Virus record (IMG/VR): IMGVR_UViG_3300027872_000008
Span: 1 to 53,441 of that record
DNA length: 53,441 bases
Direction: 5' to 3' (one strand)
From: a virus
Taxonomy: Duplodnaviria > Caudoviricetes
Below the pieces are notes generated by a model that saw only the letters and a list, made by a program, of their open reading frames with translations, had not been told where the DNA came from and made no database searches. This document shows positions 44,442 through 53,441 of this stretch, one piece after another (position 1 is the first letter of the stretch; each line of letters starts with the position of its first letter). Position numbers and translations under genes: made by a program.

Positions 44442-45791
44442 TTAGAACGAAGCGTCGAGGTTGTCGATGCGGACGTTCTTCCGGGGAGCGATGCAGAAGA
44501 GCTGCTCGTACATATTCCCCGTGGCGTAGAAGGCATCCTTCCGCCCTACGCTGTCCGTGACGCGGTTCCAGATGGAACCCGTCCGGTCGTCCCAGTCCCA
44601 CGTCCCGAGCGTCAGACGACGCCAGGTGTCGGCCTGGAGCCCGAAGGCCACCTCGGGCGGCAGTTTCCTGGCCACCTTCAACATCACTTCCCGGTCTCCC
44701 AGGATGATGCTCAGACCGTTCTTCCCACCTGCGAACGAACGCGGATCGTTGAAGACCCGGTCGCCCTTCAGGGACTGCCAGTACCCGCGAGCTGCGGAGC
44801 GGGACGAGATCACGGTGTCGATCCTACCGGCACCCTTCACGCTGACCTCGTCGTCCGCGAACGACAACAGCTCCTCGGTGAGCTGGCCACCCCAAGCTGC
44901 GTCGGATCCGTCGATGATGATCGCCTTCCACAGCCGGGACAGAGCGCCCGAACGCGAGATGTTGTTGTACGTCGCGATGATCCCACCGTCGTCCGCTCCG
45001 GCCATCAGGCCAGCGATCTCTCGGTCATCCCCACCAGCGGTCAAGGTCGATGCTCCGGCCTCGTCGCCAGGGAACAGATAGATGTCCGCTCCGGCCGCTA
45101 CGACGGCGTCGATGAGGGCTTCCAATCCGGTGAACTGGATCGTGTTCGTGTCCTCGTCAATGTCCGTCACCTGCAGCGCCTGGTCGCCACCACCCGTGAT
45201 GAGCGTCTGCCCATCGGCGGCCGTGTCGAACACGATCCGCTCGCCTTCGAGGAACTGAAGGAAGGCATCCGTGAAGCCGTCCACTCCGAGGGAGCGGTTG
45301 ACCTGGATGTCCATGGTGGTCACTGAGAGCTTGACCGGGGTCAGCTCCGCTCGTGCCTTGATACCGGCTCCGAAGCCGATATACATCCGGTCGATCTCGT
45401 TCACCAAACGAGTCACCAGATCCGGGAGCGCCCGCTCCATGTAGTTGATGAAAGCGCCTTCATCCCCAACCACGCGCCTCATCGTGTCGCCGGTCATCTC
45501 CACGGTCCCCTGGATCTTCCGAAGGAAGAGCCTGGAGTTCTTGAAGACGGGATCGTCAGCTTCCGGGATGTACTCGTTCTCTGCCCGCGCACCCACACCT
45601 GCTGGGAGCTGGAAGTAGTGAGCCATCTCAATGAACCGACCGCCGGTCGTATCGTCCACGCTGACGTTCATGTCAGTCTGGAAGATGGACAGCAGCTCGC
45701 TGTCCTCCACGATGTTCGTGATCAGGGGATCCGAGAAGATGATCTTCATCGCCTCGGTAATGGCATCAGTCGTAGTGGTCTGACTGGACAT
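44442..45791 (-). CDS. Major capsid protein
   Basis: Follows the scaffold; GVGARAENEYIPEA...GTVEMTG...N.IDR...G.G...C.APR.N motifs of the HK97 fold. Confidence 0.85.
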   Translation of the reverse strand: MSSQTTTTDAITEAMKIIFSDPLITNIVEDSELLSIFQTDMNVSVDDTTGGRFIEMAHYFQLPAGVGARAENEYIPEADDPVFKNSRLFLRKIQGTVEMTGDTMRRVVGDEGAFINYMERALPDLVTRLVNEIDRMYIGFGAGIKARAELTPVKLSVTTMDIQVNRSLGVDGFTDAFLQFLEGERIVFDTAADGQTLITGGGDQALQVTDIDEDTNTIQFTGLEALIDAVVAAGADIYLFPGDEAGASTLTAGGDDREIAGLMAGADDGGIIATYNNISRSGALSRLWKAIIIDGSDAAWGGQLTEELLSFADDEVSVKGAGRIDTVISSRSAARGYWQSLKGDRVFNDPRSFAGGKNGLSIILGDREVMLKVARKLPPEVAFGLQADTWRRLTLGTWDWDDRTGSIWNRVTDSVGRKDAFYATGNMYEQLFCIAPRKNVRIDNLDASF

Positions 45792-45816
45792 GGTCCCCAA
45801 CCTTTATTTCAGAGGG

Positions 45817-47055
45817 TCACTTGTCAGGGAGGAACGCCGCCAGGCCCTTCTTCCTGGCCAGGTCGATGCTCTCCTTGATCGTCATGCCCGCTGGCAGCTT
45901 CGTTGGTTGGGTGGGTGCAGCCTTTTTGCCTGCTCCAGGCGCTGCCGCCACGCTCTTCCGTTTAGCACTGGCCCTAGCGAGTTCTTTCCCGCTCTTCGGC
46001 TTTTTCTCAGGACGCTTTTTCGTCGTGATTTTGCCACGGCTCCGGGAGCCGTCTTGGATCGCTTTCCTCGCGTCGAGGGGGTCGATCCCGTTCGTTTCGA
46101 GTCGTGCAGCCAGGATCGGCACGAGGTCTTTGACGTCGAGCTTCTCCAGCTTGTTCCTAGTGATATGGTCGGTCGTGTCACGAGTCAAGTCCGCGACGAG
46201 CTGCTCGCGCCTGGTCCCTTCGATACTCTCGGGGATCATCAGGTCGATGGCGTTCCCGAGTTTCGCCCCGCTCTCAGCGTTCGATTTACGTCGAGCTGAC
46301 CGCGCCGTGAGCCGGTCTTTCGCCTCCAGGCGGCTCGCCTTGATCTCGGCCCGGAGGGTCCGCAGCTCGCCCGTGTCGCTGAAGAGCTTGTCCACCTGGG
46401 CGTTGACCTTCTCCCAGACTTCGGGGATGGTCAGCAGCGCCAGGGCCACCTGGGACAGCTCGTCATTGTCCGACGTGTACTCCACCACAAACCCGGCAGG
46501 ATCGACCGCGAAGGACTCGCTCAGTTCCTCCATCGCGGTCACCGAAGCGCCCACCGCCAGCTCGCGTTCACGCACCTCCTCGCCGCGCACGAAGCCGCTC
46601 TTCAGGTGGGCGATCCGTTCCGCGACCTCCTTGTCCTCGACCACCAGTTCGATGTCTTCGGAGTTCGGGTGACGGCCGGGCACTGAGACCGTGATCGGCT
46701 CACCCTCCTCGGCCTCCTCTTCCTCGGCCTCCTCTTCCCCCTCTACCTCATCGTCGGCATCGGATCCTGCATCCTCCGCGTCTTCTTCAGCCTCGCGTTC
46801 CTCCCCGCCTTCGTCCTCGGCTTGTTCCCCCTCCTGTTCCTCCTCCTCTTCACCCTCTGCCTCTTGCTCACCCTCAGACCCGGCATCGTCTTCCTCCTCT
46901 GCGTCGTCGGCCATGGCCATCATGGTCCCCTTGTCAGCCAGGACCTCACGGGCCTTGGCCAGGGCCTCTTCGATGGTCGGTGGACCCGCCTGCTCCTCTG
47001 ACTGAGACTCTTCGGTTCCCTCGGCCTCGCCGGTTCCCTCTTCTTCTCCTGCCAC
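45817..47055 (-). CDS. Scaffolding protein
   Basis: Highly acidic N-terminus, helical middle, basic C-terminus; between portal and capsid. Confidence 0.75.
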   Translation of the reverse strand: MAGEEEGTGEAEGTEESQSEEQAGPPTIEEALAKAREVLADKGTMMAMADDAEEEDDAGSEGEQEAEGEEEEEQEGEQAEDEGGEEREAEEDAEDAGSDADDEVEGEEEAEEEEAEEGEPITVSVPGRHPNSEDIELVVEDKEVAERIAHLKSGFVRGEEVRERELAVGASVTAMEELSESFAVDPAGFVVEYTSDNDELSQVALALLTIPEVWEKVNAQVDKLFSDTGELRTLRAEIKASRLEAKDRLTARSARRKSNAESGAKLGNAIDLMIPESIEGTRREQLVADLTRDTTDHITRNKLEKLDVKDLVPILAARLETNGIDPLDARKAIQDGSRSRGKITTKKRPEKKPKSGKELARASAKRKSVAAAPGAGKKAAPTQPTKLPAGMTIKESIDLARKKGLAAFLPDK

Positions 47056-47082
47056 AACGACCTCCTGGTTGGCGCGGGTGGC

Positions 47083-49452
47083 CTATTGGCCCGCCGCTGC
47101 TGGTGCTTCAGCAACGCCCTCGGGGTTCCTCGTAGCGGAACCGGAAGGCACTGCCGCCTCTGATGTGGGTGCCCCTTCAGGCGACCCTGCTGCGCCCCCA
47201 CCATCGGGGCTGCTGTTGCCGCTGAACTGATTGTCGCCGCCCTCGGGATCGGCCTCGGCCGCCTGGAGCGTCTTCAGCATGATGTTCGTGATGTGCATCT
47301 GTCGGTGCGCCTCGAACCCTTTTTGGATCATCGGATCCAGCTCCAGGAACTCCGGCGACGACATCAGCTCTTCGTGGGAGAGCAGGTGGACCAGATCGTT
47401 GTACCACTCGAAGACCGGGATCTCCTGGAAGGGCACACCTTGCAGCAGCTTCCCGTTCTCCTGGTCGGCCGTGATCCGGTGGATGCCACCGAACTTCCCA
47501 GCTCGCCCGAGGTGAGGGAACTGACTCAGCTCGAAGAACGTGGCCACCGCCGCAGGTGTTCCCGGAGGACCGAAGAGGCCCCCGGCGTAGAGCGCGGTGA
47601 TGTTCTTCTGCTTCTCGCCACGGCCCTCGGGGAGCATCGACTCTATGTCGGCCACGACGTTCACAGAGCCCTCCTCGAACATCTCCGGCTGGACGAGGAT
47701 GGTCCTCGCCACGTTGTCGTTGCCAGCGTAGGAGAGGATCTCCTCCTCGTCGTAGATCACCGGGAAGAGCTGCTCCCAGTCCTCGGCCATACGAGCGAAC
47801 TCCTCTGCAGCTCGACGCATCGTCGGGCCCAGGAAGCGGTCGGAGTTGAAGCGCAGCTCCTTGACCAGCTCGCCGCTGGCATCCTCTGTCGGGGCGTTTC
47901 CCTCGGTCCCGGCCAGGTTGCCCATCTCGTCAATCTGCTGGGCCATGAACTCCAGGACCTTGTAGGCGTCGTTCGAGAGCGAAGGCGGTGCGACCCACTC
48001 GAACGGGGGCACCCGCTCCCGCCGGTTGACGCTGATCGCCAGGCCTGGGCGGTTCGTGATCTGGGTCTCTTCGATGCCGCTCTGAGAGTCGATGATCTTG
48101 AGCGGGTTGGCGCACAGGTTGGCGTGTTCGATGATCAGCGCAGCGACCTTGTTGAAGACGCGCTGCGGGAAGTTCATGGCCTCCTGGGGAGTCGAGCCGC
48201 CAGCCGGTCGGCCGGGCAGGCTCACGAACTCGAAGCGCCGGATCGGGCTCGTGTGGCCGTACCTCACGGGCCTGGTGCTGTCGTGGAGCACCTCCTTCCG
48301 GGTGCAGATCAGAAGCCTGCCGCCGGGCTCGTCCTTGGTCTCCTGCATCCGAGCGAACTTCGCTGGCTTGTGCCAGAGCGTGAACACCTCGTGGGTCACC
48401 TCGGGGATGGCGACGTCCTGGCTGAAGTCGGACCCGAAGACGGACGGATCCGCCGCTCCGAAGTAGCCGCTCCCGTAGGTCAGCCGTTCCTGGATCCCGG
48501 TGGTGCTGCCGCCCTCGGCCGTGCTCTGCTCGCCACCCGTGATCTTGATGCCGTAGGCCTCGAAGATCTCGGCCGACGTCAGGAAGCTCCGCACCATGTG
48601 CCAGGACTTTTCGTGCCACGGAGCTGGGCCCCACTCGCCCCTCACCTGGACGGGGTTGAGGACCTCGACTGCCAGGTCCCCCTTCCTCTCGGAGTGGGCG
48701 TCCTCCGGCCCGAGCGGCTGGCCGGTCTCATCGAACTGGAGCTGGCCCTCCTGGTTGAAGCCGACGTTGCCGCCGTTCTCCTGGGCTCGTAGGACGGCCT
48801 CCTGCTGCTCCGGCTCGAAGCCCTCCATGTCGGCCTCGTCGGCCTGCCCCTCGAAGTCGATGAAGTCGCCCTTGGAGAGGTCGATGGTGCTCTGCAAGTA
48901 GACGGTCCCGGCCGGGATGATCCAGGCGCTCGCCCGGTCCCACACCTCCTGCATCTTCACCTCGCGCCACTTCGTCTTGAAGATCACGTCCTGGGTGGCC
49001 GCCAGCATCGCGTCGATGCGGTCGGGGCCTGGGACGAAGGTGATGATCGGGGGGTTCTCGTTCATCCGGGCGTGGGTGATGATGAACCAGGAGAGGAGCT
49101 TGTTGAAGACCGGCCGCTGCCTCCACTTCTTCTCCTCGGCCGTCATCCACTGCGTCACGTCCACGAACCGGCCGATCCTCGGATTGAAGACCGCCCACTG
49201 CTGCCCTGCCAGCATCCTGATGTTCTCTTCGATCTGCCGATCTCGCCTGCGGAGGACGTCGTCCTGGGTGTCCCAGTTGTAGACGGCCCAGGCGATGCGG
49301 TCGCTGTCTCGCTCGTCCTCTTCGCCGTGGCCGTCGTTCCCATCGGCCCTGATGTCGGGGATCTCATCGAAGTCGAACGGCTTGCCTCCTGGGCCGATGC
49401 TGGTCGAGGAGGAGCCGGTCTTCCCTCCGAAGCGCGATGACGCGAGAGCCAT
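47083..49452 (-). CDS. Portal protein (P22-like)
   Basis: GQQW, RPVFNKL, NPP, Q.VFNK; size and position. Confidence 0.85.
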   Translation of the reverse strand: MALASSRFGGKTGSSSTSIGPGGKPFDFDEIPDIRADGNDGHGEEDERDSDRIAWAVYNWDTQDDVLRRRDRQIEENIRMLAGQQWAVFNPRIGRFVDVTQWMTAEEKKWRQRPVFNKLLSWFIITHARMNENPPIITFVPGPDRIDAMLAATQDVIFKTKWREVKMQEVWDRASAWIIPAGTVYLQSTIDLSKGDFIDFEGQADEADMEGFEPEQQEAVLRAQENGGNVGFNQEGQLQFDETGQPLGPEDAHSERKGDLAVEVLNPVQVRGEWGPAPWHEKSWHMVRSFLTSAEIFEAYGIKITGGEQSTAEGGSTTGIQERLTYGSGYFGAADPSVFGSDFSQDVAIPEVTHEVFTLWHKPAKFARMQETKDEPGGRLLICTRKEVLHDSTRPVRYGHTSPIRRFEFVSLPGRPAGGSTPQEAMNFPQRVFNKVAALIIEHANLCANPLKIIDSQSGIEETQITNRPGLAISVNRRERVPPFEWVAPPSLSNDAYKVLEFMAQQIDEMGNLAGTEGNAPTEDASGELVKELRFNSDRFLGPTMRRAAEEFARMAEDWEQLFPVIYDEEEILSYAGNDNVARTILVQPEMFEEGSVNVVADIESMLPEGRGEKQKNITALYAGGLFGPPGTPAAVATFFELSQFPHLGRAGKFGGIHRITADQENGKLLQGVPFQEIPVFEWYNDLVHLLSHEELMSSPEFLELDPMIQKGFEAHRQMHITNIMLKTLQAAEADPEGGDNQFSGNSSPDGGGAAGSPEGAPTSEAAVPSGSATRNPEGVAEAPAAAGQ

Positions 49453-49464
49453 GGTCCCCTACTC

Positions 49465-50118
49465 CTATGTGCCGAGGCCCATCTGGGCCTCCTCTGGTTC
49501 AATCTCGAAGCCACGCGCCAGGGCATCGTAGCCATCTACGGCTGTGGTGTCATCGCGAACCGTGATCCGAAGAACCTCGTCGCTGCCCGCCGCGAGCCTG
49601 ATGCCCCAGGGCAACCCGAAGACGAGCTGGAAGTCCAACATCGGCAGGTACGCCTCGGATGTGCTGATGACGTTGCTGGCCTGGAAGGCGTTCGTCCCGG
49701 TCCCGAAGGCCGGTTGGCCCCCCGCCAGACGGACGTGATCGTAGTTCGTCCGCATCACCGCAAGCTCCACCGTCTCACCGAGCCGGTCCCACTCGAACAA
49801 CACGCCATTGACGAGCGCGGTGATGAAGCCAAAGCGGTTCAGGGTCGCCTGGGCGTCCACGATGGTGAACTGCACCGTCTTGATGTAGCGGTCGCGATCC
49901 GTGTCGGGCCTGATCTCGAAGAAGACCGGGTCGGCCAGGGAGCCGACCACCCTCATGTCCGTGACCCCATCCACGTCGCTGAAGAACCCCTGGAAGGGGA
50001 TCGCCTGGACGGTGTTCCCGAACGGCGGCAAGCCGGTGTCCCTCGTTCTGAGGGCACCGAAGATGTCTATGCCAGCCGACCGCTTGGTCAGAAAGTCGCG
50101 AAGACCGAACCCGAGCAT
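49465..50118 (-). CDS. Hypothetical virion-region protein
   Basis: FGFITALVNGV...GIRL...LRITVRDD. Confidence 0.7.
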   Translation of the reverse strand: MLGFGLRDFLTKRSAGIDIFGALRTRDTGLPPFGNTVQAIPFQGFFSDVDGVTDMRVVGSLADPVFFEIRPDTDRDRYIKTVQFTIVDAQATLNRFGFITALVNGVLFEWDRLGETVELAVMRTNYDHVRLAGGQPAFGTGTNAFQASNVISTSEAYLPMLDFQLVFGLPWGIRLAAGSDEVLRITVRDDTTAVDGYDALARGFEIEPEEAQMGLGT

Positions 50119-50712
50119 TTACGTGAAGACCTCAATGTCCTCCATGTGGAAGCGAAACGCGATGCTCGCTTCGAGGGGGCCGCCGGTCGGGTTCTGCATC
50201 CCGAAGTAGGCGCTGTCCAGTCGTCCCAGCCGCACCGCGTTCTTCAGGTCCAACGTGCCTGCGGGCACGGGCCGAAGGAACGACGCGACCTCCTCGCCGC
50301 CCGTGAGCCCCGTGATCCCCACCACGCCAGTCTCGTCCCAGACCTCGGCCTCGACACTCGCGTCCCGCGTCGAGGAGAAGTTCCGGTTGGACGGGATGAC
50401 GGGCACGTTCGCCCCGATGACTCCCAGCACCGGATTCTTCACGAGGTACAGAATCCCGCCAGGCCCACTCTCCGTGGCGGTGAAGCCGTCCGCGACCAGG
50501 ATCTTCGACTCTGACAGATTCCTGATGTAGAGGAGTGGGCCGTCGTTCGCCGCCACGACGGTGAGCGAGCGTACACTCTGGGAGGTGGCGATTGTAAACG
50601 CCTCGCCCTGACGTGAAGCATCGGCCTCCAGAGACTCCGAGATGGCCTCTGTACGCAGCCGACCTTGGGCTACCCGTGCGCCTTGTTCGGTGAGTGGATC
50701 TCTAATGAACAT
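50119..50712 (-). CDS. Hypothetical protein (copy B of 92-685)
   Basis: Same length, high similarity. Confidence 0.8.
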   Translation of the reverse strand: MFIRDPLTEQGARVAQGRLRTEAISESLEADASRQGEAFTIATSQSVRSLTVVAANDGPLLYIRNLSESKILVADGFTATESGPGGILYLVKNPVLGVIGANVPVIPSNRNFSSTRDASVEAEVWDETGVVGITGLTGGEEVASFLRPVPAGTLDLKNAVRLGRLDSAYFGMQNPTGGPLEASIAFRFHMEDIEVFT

Positions 50713-50866
50713 CGTCTTCAACCTCCTCGTCGGTTGCGATTTCCCAGTGCTTCTCAATCCTGAGTAGCGCCTTCAGAATCTCCTCCAGCAGAGCCCTGGT
50801 TTTGTTCTCCTGTTCGGCAATCGCCTCTTCTACGTCTTCGGCATCGGCTCCGGGATCGAAGCTCAC
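50702..50866 (-). CDS. Small acidic protein (copy B of 675-839)
   Basis: Frame conserved. Confidence 0.65.
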   Translation of the reverse strand: MSFDPGADAEDVEEAIAEQENKTRALLEEILKALLRIEKHWEIATDEEVEDDVH

Positions 50867-52176
50867 TGAATCCACCAGCCGGTGCCGTCACTCACCAACG
50901 TGAATGACAGGTTGTTCCTCCGCAGAATGGCAGAGTCGAAGCCGTCTATCAACTGTCCCATCACGGAAGGCGTCAGCGTGACGAACGGCTCCATGAACCC
51001 AGAGCCGATGATTTTGAAGTGGAGCTGGTCCGTGAACCCGGCCCCGAAGTGGGCTGCTGCGTCTGGGATGAGGACCTCCACGGAGCCCAGGCTGATGTCC
51101 ACATTCAGGTGCCAGTCAGTCCCGACCAGGGTGTACGGAGTGTCGGCCGCAGTGATCGTGCGGATGCCACGACGGACCTGATCCCGTAGGGTCGAGACGC
51201 CGAACACGTCGAGCGTGGACTCCATGACCACCGCTGCCTGGAACGTGGCGAGCGCCCCAAAGATCGACGCCGCTTCGGCCGTGAAGAGCCCCTCTACGTT
51301 GACCGTGGACTCGAACACGGCTGCGGCCTGGAACGTGGCCAGGGCCTGGAAGAGCGTCTGGGCCTCGAAGGTCGCGAGGGCCTGCACGTTCAGCGTGGAT
51401 TCCATCACCACCGCGGCCTGGAACGTGGCCAGCGCCTGGAAGACCGCAGCGCCCAGGAAGAACGACAGGCTCTCGGCCGTGAAGGTCCCGCCGACCATGA
51501 GCGTCTCTATGACTTGGAGGTCTTCGTTGATGGTCGCATCGCCACCGACGAAGAGGTCCTGGACGATGTCCAGGTCCCTCGGGAAGACGTAGTCGCCCGT
51601 GAGGCCGGGGTTACAACCTGCGGTCGTCCCGAAGACCCCAGGGAGGATGTTGCCAGCCAGGTTGCAGAGCGAGAACTGATACTGCTGGACGGCAGAGAGC
51701 GGGACCTGGCTGTCGAGGATCTGCCCGATGATCTGATCGAAGCCGATGGTGCCGCCGCCGCCTTGTGGGGCACCCCCGATCTCGGGTCGTCTGTCGATGT
51801 AGGTGTTCTCTACGATCTTCCCGCCGCGGGCGTTGACCTGGGCCATCGGGATGGACTCAGGGTAGGTGAACCCCGTCTGGTTCACGGTCACCTGGCCCGC
51901 GTCCGAGCGTTGGATGAAGTTGGGTTCGCTCCCCGACGTCAATGTGACGACACCGTCAGGGATTAGGAGCCACCTATCCCCCGCGTCGATGTAGCCGCCG
52001 TGGTAGGCGTATTTCAGTCTGAGCGAGTTGAAGCGGTCCCAGGAGAAGGGTCGGAAGACCATCGCTTCCAGCAGCCTGGTGATGCGGAAGACGCGCTGTG
52101 CAGACTCGTCGTTTTCGCGGGGCTCCCAACCGCTGGGGAACCCCTTCTCTGATACCTCTGAGCCGGAGAACGGCAT
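50863..52176 (-). CDS. Tail fibre/spike-like protein (copy B of 836-2146)
   Basis: 437 aa versus 436 aa; same repeats. Confidence 0.7.
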   Translation of the reverse strand: MPFSGSEVSEKGFPSGWEPRENDESAQRVFRITRLLEAMVFRPFSWDRFNSLRLKYAYHGGYIDAGDRWLLIPDGVVTLTSGSEPNFIQRSDAGQVTVNQTGFTYPESIPMAQVNARGGKIVENTYIDRRPEIGGAPQGGGGTIGFDQIIGQILDSQVPLSAVQQYQFSLCNLAGNILPGVFGTTAGCNPGLTGDYVFPRDLDIVQDLFVGGDATINEDLQVIETLMVGGTFTAESLSFFLGAAVFQALATFQAAVVMESTLNVQALATFEAQTLFQALATFQAAAVFESTVNVEGLFTAEAASIFGALATFQAAVVMESTLDVFGVSTLRDQVRRGIRTITAADTPYTLVGTDWHLNVDISLGSVEVLIPDAAAHFGAGFTDQLHFKIIGSGFMEPFVTLTPSVMGQLIDGFDSAILRRNNLSFTLVSDGTGWWIQ

Positions 52177-52182
52177 CGGTTC

Positions 52183-53040
52183 CTAGTGGTAGAGGCCGAG
52201 GAGGACGCCGCTGATGTCACAGAAGTCGAGCACGGTGATGGCTGGATCGCGAGTCGAGACACTGAGCTTGAGCCAATTCTCACCGATGTGTTCGGTGGCG
52301 GGGATCTCCACGCTCACCTCGGAACCACCCGTCAGGAACGTGGCGTCTATCGCTGGCTGATCCAGCTCGTAGAAGAAGGCCGTGTCATCGGCCTGTGGAT
52401 CTAACGCGGGGAACGGCTCCCCGAGCGGATTCTTGTTCCGAGCTGGTCGCACGAACTGGGTCCTGATCTCACCGAAGTCGCCCGTGATTCGAGCCCGAAT
52501 CCTCATGCTGCCCCACTGGACGATAGGGACGAACGCCTCTACTCCGTCCATCCCGAAGGAGAGGTTGGAGCCCCCGAAGCCCACGCCCATGGTGTCCGAG
52601 ACGAGGATGCTGTTACCCGCGCTCCCCCGTGCGATGGCGAACACCAACATGGTGATGCCCGAACCGCTAGGGAGTAGCTCTGCGGTAACGGTCGGGTGGA
52701 GCGTCATCGCCGCCGCGTAATCCGTGCCCGGCGTCCCTGTCAGGGTGAGCGCGGCTAGGACGTTGTCGTGCGTGAGTTCACGGGTCGCGGCGATCTGGAT
52801 GTTGCCATCGACGTTGGTGAGGACCGTCTGCAACGTCCACGTCTTCTCGTTAGGCCCGCCGTCGTCAATGGTGAACGTCTCGCCGTTGAGCGCGTTCGGG
52901 TTTACCGTGAGCCCCACGCTGGCCTGCTTGGTCGGCGTGTCCCAGAAGGCAGCGCCCACGCCCTTGCGGCCCCTGAACGGGCTGCGTGCCACACGAGCAT
53001 CGGGCGACGGGATGATGAGCCGCGTTGGTTTCTCAGCCAT
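52183..53040 (-). CDS. Decoration-like protein (copy B of 2153-3010)
   Basis: 285 aa, high similarity. Confidence 0.7.
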   Translation of the reverse strand: MAEKPTRLIIPSPDARVARSPFRGRKGVGAAFWDTPTKQASVGLTVNPNALNGETFTIDDGGPNEKTWTLQTVLTNVDGNIQIAATRELTHDNVLAALTLTGTPGTDYAAAMTLHPTVTAELLPSGSGITMLVFAIARGSAGNSILVSDTMGVGFGGSNLSFGMDGVEAFVPIVQWGSMRIRARITGDFGEIRTQFVRPARNKNPLGEPFPALDPQADDTAFFYELDQPAIDATFLTGGSEVSVEIPATEHIGENWLKLSVSTRDPAITVLDFCDISGVLLGLYH

Positions 53041-53052
53041 GGTCGCCGCCCC

Positions 53053-53441
53053 CTAGTGGAAGGTGCCGAGGAGAGTGCCGCTGACGTCGAAGAAGTCGAT
53101 GACACCCGCACCATCCGGGTTCAGCGTGATCTTGAGCCAGTTCTCGCCTTGGTGTTCGGCGGCTGTGATCTCAAACGAGAACTCGACACCATCGCCGGAA
53201 GCGTTCCCGTCGATGGCCGGTTGGTCCTCATTGTAGGTCTTGGCCTCCGAAACGCCGGGGAGCAGGTCGGGGTCCAGGGCACGGTTGGGCCGAGCGAACT
53301 CGAAGCCCATGAAAGTGGCGTTCCCTGTGATCCGTCCTCGAATCCTGATGTTGCTCCACTGGACGATGGGGACGAAGACGACCTTGGTGGAGGCTGCGGT
53401 TCCGTCAACGAAGATCGGGTCGGACTCGAAGGGAGAGCGAG
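53053..53441 (-). CDS. Decoration-like paralog lacking the inserted domain (5'-truncated by window edge)
   Basis: ...RSPFESDPIFVDGTAASTKVVFVPIVQW...EHQGENWLK...LLGTFH. Confidence 0.7.
   Translation of the reverse strand, partial: RSPFESDPIFVDGTAASTKVVFVPIVQWSNIRIRGRITGNATFMGFEFARPNRALDPDLLPGVSEAKTYNEDQPAIDGNASGDGVEFSFEITAAEHQGENWLKITLNPDGAGVIDFFDVSGTLLGTFH

Larger units (their letters stand above)
1..53441. mobile_element. Near-complete tailed bacteriophage/prophage genome (unit length ~50,027 bp), podovirus-like
   Basis: TerL, portal, scaffold, capsid, endolysin, RecET-like pair and helicase are present. No host housekeeping genes. The window start recurs at 50028. Confidence 0.95.
50028..53441. 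repeat. Copy B of the diverged direct repeat
   Basis: Homologous ORFs: 50119-50712, 50702-50866, 50863-52176, 52183-53040 and 53053-end. Confidence 0.95.

Noticed and set aside
46690-47050. GAG/GAA-rich low-complexity repeat
   Set aside because: Explained by the acidic N-terminus of the scaffolding protein.

Overview
The window holds essentially one complete, GC-rich, roughly 50 kb tailed phage or prophage genome, plus about 3.4 kb of a diverged second copy of its tail-fibre/decoration cassette (1-~3400 recurs at 50028-53441). The virion looks podovirus-like: portal, scaffold, HK97-type capsid, adaptors, large ejection proteins and no tape measure. Early and replication genes lie on + (10.3-25.9 kb); late genes lie on - (53.4->26 kb and 8->0 kb). 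No integrase was recognised, but a well-formed XerC/XerD dif-like site lies between terS and terL. The most notable observations are: (i) a family of tRNA-T-loop mini-structures at early-gene junctions plus a larger tRNA-like RNA; (ii) a putative DNA-modification cluster (two PAPS-reductase/PP-loop proteins, a TGT/DpdA-like protein and a C5 methyltransferase, with no que or dnd genes); (iii) a Zeta-toxin-like kinase domain inside a 1903-aa ejection protein, followed by a nested out-of-frame ORF with its own RBS; (iv) an Acb2/Tad1-like sponge and a small protein carrying capsid-like and terminase-like fragments; (v) apparent genome-wide avoidance of MTCGAK, GCCGGC and GGCGCC. All calls come from reading motifs by eye; no database searches were run.
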